Of a DNA stretch of 64,000 nucleotides, positions 17,783-27,084 are shown piece by piece (positions within the stretch are counted from its first letter, which is position 1; each line of letters begins with the position of its first letter). This stretch comes from Spirochaetia bacterium. Its GTDB lineage: Bacteria > Spirochaetota > Spirochaetia > DSM-2461. A program made the position numbers and the translations under genes. The stretch is from contig CAXXIA010000001.1 of assembly GCA_963666985.2 (NCBI GenBank), forward strand, positions 416,001 to 480,000, written 5' to 3'. The notes under the pieces were generated by a model that was not told where the DNA came from, searched no databases, and was given only the letters and a program-made list of their open reading frames with translations.

Positions 17783-19071
17783 CGATCGATAAGGGCGCGC
17801 TTATGCGCCGGAAATTCCTCGTATTCCGCAAGAACGGCCGCATGCGGCCTTAAATCGTCCAGTCCTTCTTTCGTCAGGTAGACCACGCCGGTTTTTTTCT
17901 TAAAATCCGCCACCGATACGCCGGACCAAGTTCGGGCGTTCCCGCCGGTCGGCAGCACGGCATTGGCGCCCACCGAATAATTCGCCGCGGAGAACGGGAC
18001 ATATTCGCCGAGAAGAATTTCTCCGGCGTTTCTGATGCGTCCTAAAACGGCGAACGGATCTTCGGTGCGGATTTGGAGATGTTCGGTGGCGAAACGGTTC
18101 ACCAATTCAATTCCTTCGTCCAAATCGTTTACCAAGAGAATCCCGCCGTACCCGGAGAAAACATCCGATACAAATGTCAGGCGAGGTTCGGGAAGTGATT
18201 TCGCCATCTCCATGAGATGCCTGCCCACTTCTACGGCCAAATCCTTCGAAGGAGTTATCAGCAAGGCAGCCGAATCGGATCCGTGTTCGGCTTCCACCAG
18301 AAGATCCTGCGCGACAAGCCGCGGATTCGGCGTGGAATCCGCCAAAATTATGGATTCCGAAGGTCCCGCCGGCAGACCGCAGTCCAGAACATCGGATAAA
18401 AGCCTTTTCGCCGCGGCGATGTACTTGCTTCCCGGGCCCATGCATTTGTCCACTTTTTGAACAGATTCGGTGCCGTAGGCAAGAGCCGCCCAGGCTTGGG
18501 CCCCTCCGACGGCATAAACTTCTTCGATGCCGCAAAGTTTCGCCACGTAGAGGCATGCCGCATCAACCCGGCCTTCATTATCGGGAGGGCTGGCAAAGGC
18601 GATGCGAGGCACTCCGGCGATGGCGGCGGGAACGGCCATCATATAGAGCATGGAAGGAAAACTCCCGCGGGCTCTCGGAACGTAAAAGGCCGCCGAATCA
18701 ATGGGACGGGTCCGCTCACCGGCTAAGATTCCCTCTCTGATTTCCTTCCACTGTAATCCGTCGGGTGCTTGGTCGGCATGGTAGCGCCGAACATTTTCAA
18801 CCGAGTATTCCAGGGCGGATTTGATTTCATCGGAGAGTGAGGCCTCGGCGTCGGCAAAATGAGATTTCGGCACCCGGATGGAAGCATCCGGCGGAGCATT
18901 GTCGAATCGATGATTATATTCTTTAAGCGCTTCATCGCCTTTTGTTCTTACCGCCTCGATTATTTCAGCCACGATCGGCGTTGTTGCGGCGATGTCCGTT
19001 TCCGAACGGGCAAAGAGTTTTTTTCGGGCATCCTCATCCAGTTCGGACCAGGTGCGGATATTAACGGTCAT
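17779..19071 (-). CDS. hisD: Histidinol dehydrogenase
   Basis: Motifs VGGAQA, GPG, PAGPSE, EAEH, EHLQI and VLPTGG. Confidence 0.93.
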   Translation of the reverse strand: MTVNIRTWSELDEDARKKLFARSETDIAATTPIVAEIIEAVRTKGDEALKEYNHRFDNAPPDASIRVPKSHFADAEASLSDEIKSALEYSVENVRRYHADQAPDGLQWKEIREGILAGERTRPIDSAAFYVPRARGSFPSMLYMMAVPAAIAGVPRIAFASPPDNEGRVDAACLYVAKLCGIEEVYAVGGAQAWAALAYGTESVQKVDKCMGPGSKYIAAAKRLLSDVLDCGLPAGPSESIILADSTPNPRLVAQDLLVEAEHGSDSAALLITPSKDLAVEVGRHLMEMAKSLPEPRLTFVSDVFSGYGGILLVNDLDEGIELVNRFATEHLQIRTEDPFAVLGRIRNAGEILLGEYVPFSAANYSVGANAVLPTGGNARTWSGVSVADFKKKTGVVYLTKEGLDDLRPHAAVLAEYEEFPAHKRALIDR

Positions 19072-19231
19072 TGTGCCCCCTTGGCAGGCTTTCAGCCGTC
19101 CTAACTCTAGCCGTCAGAGAAGGGCTCATCAAGGGATTCGGATCGTATTCCGGCATGATGGAGGCCGGAAAGAATGAGTCCTTCGGAGGTAAGGAATCTT
19201 TTGAAATCCTCCGCTGTATTCTCACAGCCTG

Positions 19232-19573
19232 CTAAACCAGGGAAATCTCGATGCGTCCGCCGAGTTTAATCACATCGACCGGATTGAGACGGACGGCCTT
19301 CCCCGGTTTTATTCGTTTTTCGTTTATCCAGGTTCCGTTTTTACTACCCGCATCCTCGATATACCAAGCTGTTCGGATACGGCGGATTATGCAATGAATT
19401 CGGGAAACAAGGGGATCGTTGATAACGATGGAATTATTTTTATCTCTGCCGATGCTCATTTCATCGGAGAGTTTCACCCGCTTTCCGTTATGAATGAGGA
19501 ATTTAAGTTCGGCCTTCGGAATTTGTGATAAGCGCAGGCCGACGGGGCTTTTTCCGGAAATAGTTTCGTCCAT
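19232..19573 (-). CDS. Stand-alone FHA domain protein
   Basis: Motifs IGR, VSRIHC and SKNGT. Confidence 0.85.
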   Translation of the reverse strand: MDETISGKSPVGLRLSQIPKAELKFLIHNGKRVKLSDEMSIGRDKNNSIVINDPLVSRIHCIIRRIRTAWYIEDAGSKNGTWINEKRIKPGKAVRLNPVDVIKLGGRIEISLV

Positions 19574-19655
19574 CCGTCCTCCCGGTCAAAACATATCACG
19601 AATTTGTACAAAAAGTTGATTGGCGTAATACAAGATCAATGATTATAATTGCGTT

Positions 19656-20090
19656 ATGAAGGCGAATGCAGACTTCCCTACGATTAATGCGAAAAATCCC
19701 GAAGGAATTGATCCTTCAGGGAATCCCTATCGAGTCCTGCTTGTTGATGATTCGATGTTTGTTCGAAAACAATTGAACCAGATTTTGACATCGGAAGGTT
19801 TTGATGTCGTTGGACAGGCCGAGGATGGTTTACAGGGTCTTGAGCTTTACAAAGAGCTTCATCCAAATGTCGACTTGGTGACTATGGATATTACCATGCC
19901 GAACATGGACGGCCTTACGTGTCTGGAAAAAATTCTTGATTTCGACGGTAAAGCCAAGGTCATTATGATCAGTGCGTTGGGAAAAGAAGACCTTGTAAAG
20001 AAGTCGTTGATAACCGGTGCGAAGAATTATATCGTCAAACCGCTGGATCGAAAGAAAGTTCTGGAACGTATTTCTTCGGTGCTCAAGTAA
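19656..20090 (+). CDS. cheY: CheY-like response regulator
   Basis: Motifs LVDD, MDITMPNMDG, MISA and YIVKP. It is a single receiver domain. Confidence 0.8.
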   Translation: MKANADFPTINAKNPEGIDPSGNPYRVLLVDDSMFVRKQLNQILTSEGFDVVGQAEDGLQGLELYKELHPNVDLVTMDITMPNMDGLTCLEKILDFDGKAKVIMISALGKEDLVKKSLITGAKNYIVKPLDRKKVLERISSVLK

Positions 20091-20156
20091 TCGGCGGTTT
20101 CTCGGCCATTGAACCGAACTTTCCTCGGACGTTGATCGTGCCGAGGAGCGAAGTCC

Positions 20157-20891
20157 TTATCGAACGTTTATAATCAGATTCGATTCCAGTTCTTCGGCCC
20201 ATTGTTTAAGGGTTATCTCGTTGGGAGCTTGGATATCGTTCCAAGCCGGATCGAGGGTGTTTCCGGGAACATACGGCTGCCAAATCCATTGGGGAACACC
20301 GTTTAAGAAGGGGCTCATTTGCTGAAGGATTTCTCTGTCAACCAGCGGGGGAACCACGGTTGTACGGACTTCGTAATTCAGTCCCGAATCCGCGAGCAGT
20401 TTGAGAGTTCTGCTTAAAAGTACTTCGGCGCTTTTTTCTTCGGTTCCCTTCCAGCCAAGTTCGCCGTAGCGTTCGGGAAGAGTTTTTAAATCCATGGCGA
20501 TGTAATCAATCATTCCCGATGCAATCATTTCCTCCAGGCGGTCGGGAAGCAGGCCCGCCGTATCCAGTTTTACCGCAAGTCCTTTTTCTTTGACGATTTT
20601 GATGAGTTTCGGCAGCTGAGGATTTAAGAGCGCTTCTCCGCCGGAAAAAGCCACACCGCCTAAAACCGACGATCTTTTGTCTATAAAGGTTCGAAACATC
20701 CGCGCATCGGCATTGAATGTTTCTTCCCCCGCATCGCTGTTTCCCGGATAGCGGACAGGATCGACGAATTCAGGATTGTGGCAGTAAGGACAGCGGAGGT
20801 TGCAACCCGGAAGGAAAACGGCCGCCGCCACTTTGCCCGGAAAGTCGAGCAAAGTGGTTTTTACCAGAGCGAATCGATGTGTTCCGGTCAA
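20157..20891 (-). CDS. nrdG: Anaerobic RNR activating radical-SAM protein
   Basis: Motifs LLDFPG, GCNLRCPYCHN, SGGE, KLDT, AMDLK and EVRTT. Confidence 0.93.
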   Translation of the reverse strand: MTGTHRFALVKTTLLDFPGKVAAAVFLPGCNLRCPYCHNPEFVDPVRYPGNSDAGEETFNADARMFRTFIDKRSSVLGGVAFSGGEALLNPQLPKLIKIVKEKGLAVKLDTAGLLPDRLEEMIASGMIDYIAMDLKTLPERYGELGWKGTEEKSAEVLLSRTLKLLADSGLNYEVRTTVVPPLVDREILQQMSPFLNGVPQWIWQPYVPGNTLDPAWNDIQAPNEITLKQWAEELESNLIINVR

Positions 20892-20921
20892 GAGAGAATT
20901 CCTTGATGGCGGATCAGTCGA

Positions 20922-21467
20922 TTAGGCGCCGGCAACGGCCGCGAGTCCGGCTTGTGCTTCAAGCGCGGCGACGGTGCTCCCTCGGCCTGTTTCATTCCCC
21001 AAGGAATCGAGGAAAACAACCGTCGGAGCCGCCGTTATGTCGTACAGGCCCGCTTCGTGCATTCCGGATTCACGGTCGACATCAATCCGTCTTCCTTCCA
21101 GACCGGATCGTTCAAGCCAATCCGCCACGGGCGGGCAGTTGGGGCATGTTTTTCTAAAAAAATAGAGGTATTCGGCGGGATTTGCTTCTCCGGCGAAAAG
21201 AAGTTCCTTTTGAGGTTCCGTCTCTTGAACCACGGTGAGGGAAATCGATGAGTCTGTTTTGCTTTTCAGGGACCCGGCGGTTACGGACGGCTTATAATTT
21301 GTGTAATTAACACGCTGTCCGAATTCTTCTTTTTTGCCTTTGTTCCAATTACGTACCGAGCGATAATAACCGACGATACGGGCATAAACCTCGGTTTCCA
21401 TGCCCTGCACCTGTTTCCGCTGATCTTTGAGCTCTTCCAGGCGCGTGTTGATTTGGTCCACTGTCAT
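20922..21467 (-). CDS. Detached class III RNR glycyl-radical subunit fused to a glutaredoxin/thioredoxin-like domain
   Basis: EVYARIVGYYRSVRNWNKGKKEEF is the NrdD C-terminal Gly loop. It also has TCPNC and AAPT. There is a GGAGG SD and an ATGA overlap with nrdD. Confidence 0.9.
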   Translation of the reverse strand: MTVDQINTRLEELKDQRKQVQGMETEVYARIVGYYRSVRNWNKGKKEEFGQRVNYTNYKPSVTAGSLKSKTDSSISLTVVQETEPQKELLFAGEANPAEYLYFFRKTCPNCPPVADWLERSGLEGRRIDVDRESGMHEAGLYDITAAPTVVFLDSLGNETGRGSTVAALEAQAGLAAVAGA

Positions 21468-23590
21468 ACTGTTTCTTCCTCCAGCAGCTGTTTTTTTGAT
21501 TCGAGTTCGGCGATTTCTTGATCAATTGCCGCCTCTTTTTCCGCCCGGCATTTCGGGCATTCAAAATGTTCACCCTCGAGATAGCCATGAACGGGGCAAA
21601 CTGAAAAAACCGGGGAAACCGTGAAACAGGGAAGACGGTATCCGGTCGCGATGGTTTTCACCAATTCGCGACAGGCCTCCCAGTCCTTGATCCGTTCTCC
21701 CAAGAAACAATGAAACATCGTTCCACCGGTATATTTCGTCTGCAGTTCGTCCTGCAGGTCGAGAGCATCGAAAACATCGTGTGTGAAGTCCACGGGCAAT
21801 TGCGTGGAGTTCGTGTAATACGGTTCATCCGAACCGGCCGTGATTATCTCCGGGTAGTGCTTTTTGTCGTGCTTGGCCAGACGGTAGCTGGTGCTTTCCG
21901 CGGGGGAAGCCTCCAGATTGAACAGATCGCCCGTTTCTTCCTGATAATCGGCCATTCGTCCGCGCATGAAGTCCAGAATCTCCAAGGCGAAGTTTCGTGC
22001 CGCCGGATCGGTGATGGGTTTACCCATGAAATTCAGCAGACATTCATTCATTCCCACCAAGCCGATTGTGTTGAAATGGTTGTTCAGATGTTTGAGATAA
22101 CGGCGTGTATAGGGGAAGAGGCCGGCATCAAAAAGGTGGTTTATTACTTTTCGTTTCGCGATAAGCGATTCGGCGGCAAGATCCATCATGCGGCCGAGGC
22201 GGCCGTAGAAATCGGCTTCCGAATTCGACAGATAGCCGATTCTGGGCATGTTGATGGTTACGACGCCGAGAGAGCCCGTGAATTCGTCCGATCCGAAAAG
22301 ACCCCCGCCGCGTTTGCGCAGTTCCCGTTTATCCAGCCTGAGCCTGCAGCACATGGACCTGACATCTTCGGGATTCAAATCCGAATTGATGAAATTCTGG
22401 AAATTGGGTGTACCGAATTTCGAAGTCATTTCAAAAAGGAGTTTGGCGTTCGGTGAATTCCAGTCGAAATCCGGGGTGATGTTGTAGGTCGGTATCGGAT
22501 AGGCGAATCCGCGGCCGTTGGCATCTCCTTCGAGCATCAGTTCGATAAATGCCTTGTTGATCATGTCCATTTCAACGCGGCAGTCCCCGTAGGTGAAATC
22601 CAGTTCCTCTCCGCCCACGACGGCCGGCCGGTCTTTCAGATCCGAGGGGCAGACCCAATCCAGCGTTATGTTGGTAAAGGGGGCCTGACTTCCCCAGCGC
22701 GAGGGAGTATTAACGCCGAAAATGAAACTCTGGAGAGACTGCTTAACCTGTTTATAGGAGAGTTTATCCGTCCGTACAAACGGGGCCAGGTAGGTATCGA
22801 AACTGGACAAAGCCTGAGCTCCCGCCCATTCGTTCTGCATGATGCCCAGGAAGTTCACCATCTGGAACATCAGCGTGGACATATGCGATGCCGGTTTTGA
22901 GGCGATTTTATCACGAACTCCGCCGAGTCCTTCGGCAATTAATTGTCTCAAGGACCAGCCGGCACAGTAGCCGGAAAACATGGACAGATCATGAATGTGC
23001 ATGGCTCCCGAGCGATGGGCTTCGGCGACCGCTTCCGAGTAGACGTTTTTCAGCCAGTAATTGGCCGTAATGGTTCCCGAATTGTGGAGGATGAGCCCAC
23101 CGAGGGAGAAATTGACGTTGGCGTTCTCATTAACGCGCCAATCGGATCGGGAAAGGTATCCGTCCATCGTATCGTTGATATCGAGCATCAGGGCTTTTGC
23201 TTCCCGAATACCTTCGCGGCGGGCCCTATAGAGGATGTAGGATTTTACAAGAGCGGCGTCTCCGTTCGTTATAAGAGCCTTCTCCACGAGATCTTGGATT
23301 TCTTCCACGGCCGGAGCGGAATTGGGATGACGGCTGTCCATGAATTCGCGCAGAGAATCTTCAACCGCATCGGTAATTTTCGATGCCGTTTCTTCCGCGT
23401 CGCTTTGGGAGTGGCCATTGGCCATGACTGCTTTGGCCACGGCGCTTTCAATCCTCGAACGATCGTAATGAACCACACGGCCGTCTCTTTTTACGATTCT
23501 TTTCACGGGGAATTCGGACATAGGCATAACGCTTTCGTGTGAAATCCCAACAAGAGCCTTCCAATCCGTCGTATTGTTTTGCTCGCTCAT
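21464..23590 (-). CDS. nrdD: Class III ribonucleoside-triphosphate reductase catalytic subunit, lacking the Gly-radical tail
   Basis: ATP cone (VKRDG), ENAN, HIHDL, YCAGW, SMCCRL, NLEASPAE and the Zn site CPVH...CPKC. Confidence 0.95.
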   Translation of the reverse strand: MSEQNNTTDWKALVGISHESVMPMSEFPVKRIVKRDGRVVHYDRSRIESAVAKAVMANGHSQSDAEETASKITDAVEDSLREFMDSRHPNSAPAVEEIQDLVEKALITNGDAALVKSYILYRARREGIREAKALMLDINDTMDGYLSRSDWRVNENANVNFSLGGLILHNSGTITANYWLKNVYSEAVAEAHRSGAMHIHDLSMFSGYCAGWSLRQLIAEGLGGVRDKIASKPASHMSTLMFQMVNFLGIMQNEWAGAQALSSFDTYLAPFVRTDKLSYKQVKQSLQSFIFGVNTPSRWGSQAPFTNITLDWVCPSDLKDRPAVVGGEELDFTYGDCRVEMDMINKAFIELMLEGDANGRGFAYPIPTYNITPDFDWNSPNAKLLFEMTSKFGTPNFQNFINSDLNPEDVRSMCCRLRLDKRELRKRGGGLFGSDEFTGSLGVVTINMPRIGYLSNSEADFYGRLGRMMDLAAESLIAKRKVINHLFDAGLFPYTRRYLKHLNNHFNTIGLVGMNECLLNFMGKPITDPAARNFALEILDFMRGRMADYQEETGDLFNLEASPAESTSYRLAKHDKKHYPEIITAGSDEPYYTNSTQLPVDFTHDVFDALDLQDELQTKYTGGTMFHCFLGERIKDWEACRELVKTIATGYRLPCFTVSPVFSVCPVHGYLEGEHFECPKCRAEKEAAIDQEIAELESKKQLLEEETV

Positions 23591-23603
23591 CTTCCAGGTT
23601 CTC

Positions 23604-24107
23604 CTAAAACAATTCGCCGGCCGATTCGGTTTGCGTGGCGGTTGTATTCGTTTCCGATCCTAATTCCTCGATGACTCGGATGAATTCATCGACATCCTCA
23701 AATTGACGATATACGGAGGCGAAACGGACATAGGCCACTTTGTCCAGGGAAAAGAGTTTCTCCAGGACCAAGTCTCCTATGGTTTCGCTCCGGATTTCAT
23801 GCGTGGAGCGGCTCATCATGGCGGCTTCATCTTCTATCGAATGAAGAACATCTTCTATGTCCGAGTGAATTACCGGCCGTTTCTCCAAAGCCCTCATGAC
23901 GCCGTGCTCGATTTTTTTAACATCAAAGGACTCCCGACGCCCGGATTTTTTAATAACCATAATGGGGACTTCTTCGATATGTTCATACGAAGTAAAGCGA
24001 TAACCGCATCCGATGCATTCTCTTCGTCTTCGTATGGTTGTTCCGCTCTGGTTTTGGCGCGATTCAATAACTTTATCTTCTGCCAGGCCGCACAACGGAC
24101 ATTTCAC
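23604..24107 (-). CDS. nrdR: Transcriptional repressor NrdR
   Basis: CPLC, KVIESR, IRRRRECIGCGYRFTSYE and VAYVRFASVYRQF. It has a GTG start. Confidence 0.96.
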   Translation of the reverse strand: MKCPLCGLAEDKVIESRQNQSGTTIRRRRECIGCGYRFTSYEHIEEVPIMVIKKSGRRESFDVKKIEHGVMRALEKRPVIHSDIEDVLHSIEDEAAMMSRSTHEIRSETIGDLVLEKLFSLDKVAYVRFASVYRQFEDVDEFIRVIEELGSETNTTATQTESAGELF

Positions 24108-24130
24108 AATAAATCGAGCCCTCCGGAAAA

Positions 24131-24187
24131 ACTCCATATGTAGGTGTTTATCAGCTAATGAAAATGTTAGCACGCCATATATGGAAT
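24131..24187. promoter_or_regulatory. Tandem NrdR boxes
   Basis: ACTCCATATGTAGGTG (24131) and ACGCCATATATGGAAT (24172) are 41 bp apart, resemble acaCwAtATaTwGtgt, and lie upstream of nrdR-nrdD. Confidence 0.7.
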
Positions 24188-24324
24188 CTTCAAGCTGAAA
24201 CGAAAGATTTCATAAAAAAAATCACGGCTCTTCTTGTATGGTGAACATGCGAATACTGAAAGACGGTATTATAAGGTCTTTTTTAAGCCGACTAGGCACG
24301 GAATTCGCATGGAAAACAAGCGGT

Positions 24325-26478
24325 TTAGAGACGGATTTCGGCGCGGGCGCGCCTGATGATCGTATCTTCCAGGTCCGTTCGATTCACCGACGGCGGATCA
24401 ATCGGATTTTTCCAGGAGGCAACGGCGCGTAAAACAAGTTTCGCATCTCCGTTAACCGTGAATCTCAAGTCAAGCGGGAAGGGAGGATTCGCCCCGAGAT
24501 AAATGATTGCATTTGTTCCGCTCGGAGACATTCCGAAAGGATAATTCGCCTCATGGAGCGTGAATGGAGATAAGGAATGGAGCGAGATTTCAAGGCTTGA
24601 AGGAGCATCATCTCCCCGGATCGTGACGGCTACGGTTCGGCGTCCGAGAAAAGTTCGTGATGTTTCCTCCATCTTCAACGGTATAATGCTCGGTTGTGTC
24701 TGAATCTCAGCCTTCCGGCCGATGTCCTCCAGGGCATAATCGATTCCGTCCAGAGAGAGAACGGCATCACCCACAGGTCCGGGACTGCTGAGTTCCAGCT
24801 TTCTGCTGCCTTTAACAAGATCGATGTCGTCGATAAGAATTACGGGCTGCGGCGAGCCGGGACCGTACGGATGAAGTCCGAGTATCCAGATCAGCGTGAT
24901 AATCGCCATCAGGCTTAGGGTTAGGGTTGCGGCGGGCGTGACGATAATCAATCTGATTCGCTGATAGTGAATGCGCCAATAGCTGAGGCTTACGATACCG
25001 AATATCAGCGGGAGCAGAGTCAGAGTCAAAATGATATTGGCGGAGATGCGGTTCAGCAGCATGTATTGCAGAATGGGATAATAGGGCTCTTTGACAACGA
25101 CAACGGCCCCAATGAGATAAGGCAGCTGCGCGAGGATCAGAAGCGGTATTTTTCTCTGAACATTCTTCGAGATGGTGAAAAGAAGAAGGATGATAATAAC
25201 TAAAAGGGCATAGAAAGCCATCGTAACATCAAGCGCCATGAGTACAAGTAAAAAGAGGATTGAGGAAAAAATGGCTCCGTAGGAATAAAAATGAGGTGAG
25301 CGCGGCAGCGGAAGACCTTGTGTTATCAGAATGAAATTCAGTGTAAGGGCACCGGTAACGGCAAGTTTGAAGAAAATGAAAATTCCCGGTGCGTGCTTCC
25401 AAAGATCCGGGAAGTTGGCAAGGAGGATGGATTCTTCAACGATAAGCGTTGACAGGAAGAGAAAAAGAAATACCAGGATGAAAAGGAGAGGCCAAGTCCA
25501 CCAGAATCGGGCGAACCGTTTGAGATTCAGTCTGATTTTTCTCAATTGAAACAGCGGTGTTATTAAGAGAATAACGGATATGGCCAGGAACACACCGATA
25601 TAGGGCAGTTCCGGGATGAGTTTTGGAGCGGAACTTGAAAGCGGACGAAGGAATATATAGGTACGCTCATCTTCGTCGGGGAGAGCGTCGAAATCCCGGT
25701 CGAGGGTTTTCATCGCCGTAAGGAATCGTGTGATAAGCCGATCTTCCTTCCCCTGTTCGGCTTTCCCTTCTCCGGCCAGTCTGATGGATGGAATGCCCGC
25801 TTCAAGCCAGGAGGCCAACGCACCGACATCTCCCTGCAGTCCCAATCGCGCCGCGTGAATATCGGTCCCTCTCATCCGATAAGGGATGTATTCCGATGAA
25901 ATAACTTGCGCCGTTTTCTCCACAAGCCAATACGGCGAGACCGTTCCGTTCCCGCCGATTTGGAACCGCCACAGATCGGGAACAACCTCGCTGTCCAAAT
26001 AGATAACGAAAAGATCTTCCCGACCGCCGAACATTTCCGCGGCGAGTCTGCTTCCATACGGATGGAATTCGGTTTCTCCCCGTTCGGCGCCAAGGAACGC
26101 CAGAATGATTGTGTGTTTCGGGGGATTGATTTTTAAATCTGAGGCAAGCTCCAAAAGCAGGGCCGTCGAGTAGGCTCCATCGTCGATAGGCGCGGCAAAA
26201 ATAATTCGTTCGGAACGGCTTCCCTGTATCGTCGCAATCAGATTCGAGGAGAACGAATGCCCCCTGTCCCCCGAATCAAGCGGCAGCCGCTCATACGGGA
26301 TATTATTTTCACTCAGAAATCCGGCGATGTAATTAATGGCCTTGAGTTCTCCCTCGGTTCCGTCGGAGCGATCCTGAAAGCCGGAAAGTACGGAACTATG
26401 GGCTTCAACGTCCCTCGGTGAAGCCGTAAGGGGAAAAATCATGAGGAAAAAGAAAAATGCCGTTATCCAACGCCGCAT
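24325..26478 (-). CDS. Membrane protein with an N-terminal M28 peptidase-like domain
   Basis: Signal peptide, SNLIATIQG, ALLLELA and AFLGAE, then multiple TM segments and a C-terminal soluble domain. The start is uncertain. Confidence 0.7.
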   Translation of the reverse strand: MRRWITAFFFFLMIFPLTASPRDVEAHSSVLSGFQDRSDGTEGELKAINYIAGFLSENNIPYERLPLDSGDRGHSFSSNLIATIQGSRSERIIFAAPIDDGAYSTALLLELASDLKINPPKHTIILAFLGAERGETEFHPYGSRLAAEMFGGREDLFVIYLDSEVVPDLWRFQIGGNGTVSPYWLVEKTAQVISSEYIPYRMRGTDIHAARLGLQGDVGALASWLEAGIPSIRLAGEGKAEQGKEDRLITRFLTAMKTLDRDFDALPDEDERTYIFLRPLSSSAPKLIPELPYIGVFLAISVILLITPLFQLRKIRLNLKRFARFWWTWPLLFILVFLFLFLSTLIVEESILLANFPDLWKHAPGIFIFFKLAVTGALTLNFILITQGLPLPRSPHFYSYGAIFSSILFLLVLMALDVTMAFYALLVIIILLLFTISKNVQRKIPLLILAQLPYLIGAVVVVKEPYYPILQYMLLNRISANIILTLTLLPLIFGIVSLSYWRIHYQRIRLIIVTPAATLTLSLMAIITLIWILGLHPYGPGSPQPVILIDDIDLVKGSRKLELSSPGPVGDAVLSLDGIDYALEDIGRKAEIQTQPSIIPLKMEETSRTFLGRRTVAVTIRGDDAPSSLEISLHSLSPFTLHEANYPFGMSPSGTNAIIYLGANPPFPLDLRFTVNGDAKLVLRAVASWKNPIDPPSVNRTDLEDTIIRRARAEIRL

Positions 26479-26555
26479 GAAACACAAACTAGGCTTCACG
26501 ATCATCCTCGTCAAGAAGCTTCCTGTCTTATGCCGGTCGTGTTATTCTATGGTAT

Positions 26556-27065
26556 ATGGATATTCTGGCGTTTATCCGGGATCGCTTTACGGCGAAGTCG
26601 TTCGATGGTAAAGCGGTGGATAACTCTATTCTCGACCGCATATTGGAAGCGGGGCGGCTGGCGCCGTCGGCAAAGAATCGGCAGGCATGGCGATTTGTTG
26701 CGGTCCGTAGAGAAGAAATGAAGAAATCTCTTGCCGAGGCATGCTATGGGGATGAAAGGGTTCTTAATGCCGGATGCGTTATCGCGGCTTGTACAACGAA
26801 TATTCATTATACCATGCCCAATGGTCAGCCGAGTTATCCTCTTGATCTCGGATTCGCCGTTTCCTACATGGCGCTTCAGGCGCAGTGTGAAGGATTGGGT
26901 ACGGCGCTACTGGCAACTTACGATGAGGATTCGGTGAAAAAACTTCTCACGGTTCCTTATGCCATGCGGGTGGTCCTGCTTCTTGCGATCGGCCATACAT
27001 CGGATACTCCCCCTTACAAGGATCGGCTGCCGAAAGATCGGGTTATCAGCTACGATCATTGGTAG
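26556..27065 (+). CDS. Nitroreductase family protein
   Basis: Motifs ILEAGRLAPSAKNRQAWRF and LQAQCEGLGT. Confidence 0.92.
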   Translation: MDILAFIRDRFTAKSFDGKAVDNSILDRILEAGRLAPSAKNRQAWRFVAVRREEMKKSLAEACYGDERVLNAGCVIAACTTNIHYTMPNGQPSYPLDLGFAVSYMALQAQCEGLGTALLATYDEDSVKKLLTVPYAMRVVLLLAIGHTSDTPPYKDRLPKDRVISYDHW

Positions 27066-27084
27066 GATAGGATCTCAATAAGAC

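Noticed and set aside
21464..21467. nrdD pseudogene or sequencing frameshift
   Set aside because: A dedicated SD, an ATGA overlap and extra helical segments on both new termini argue for a real split.
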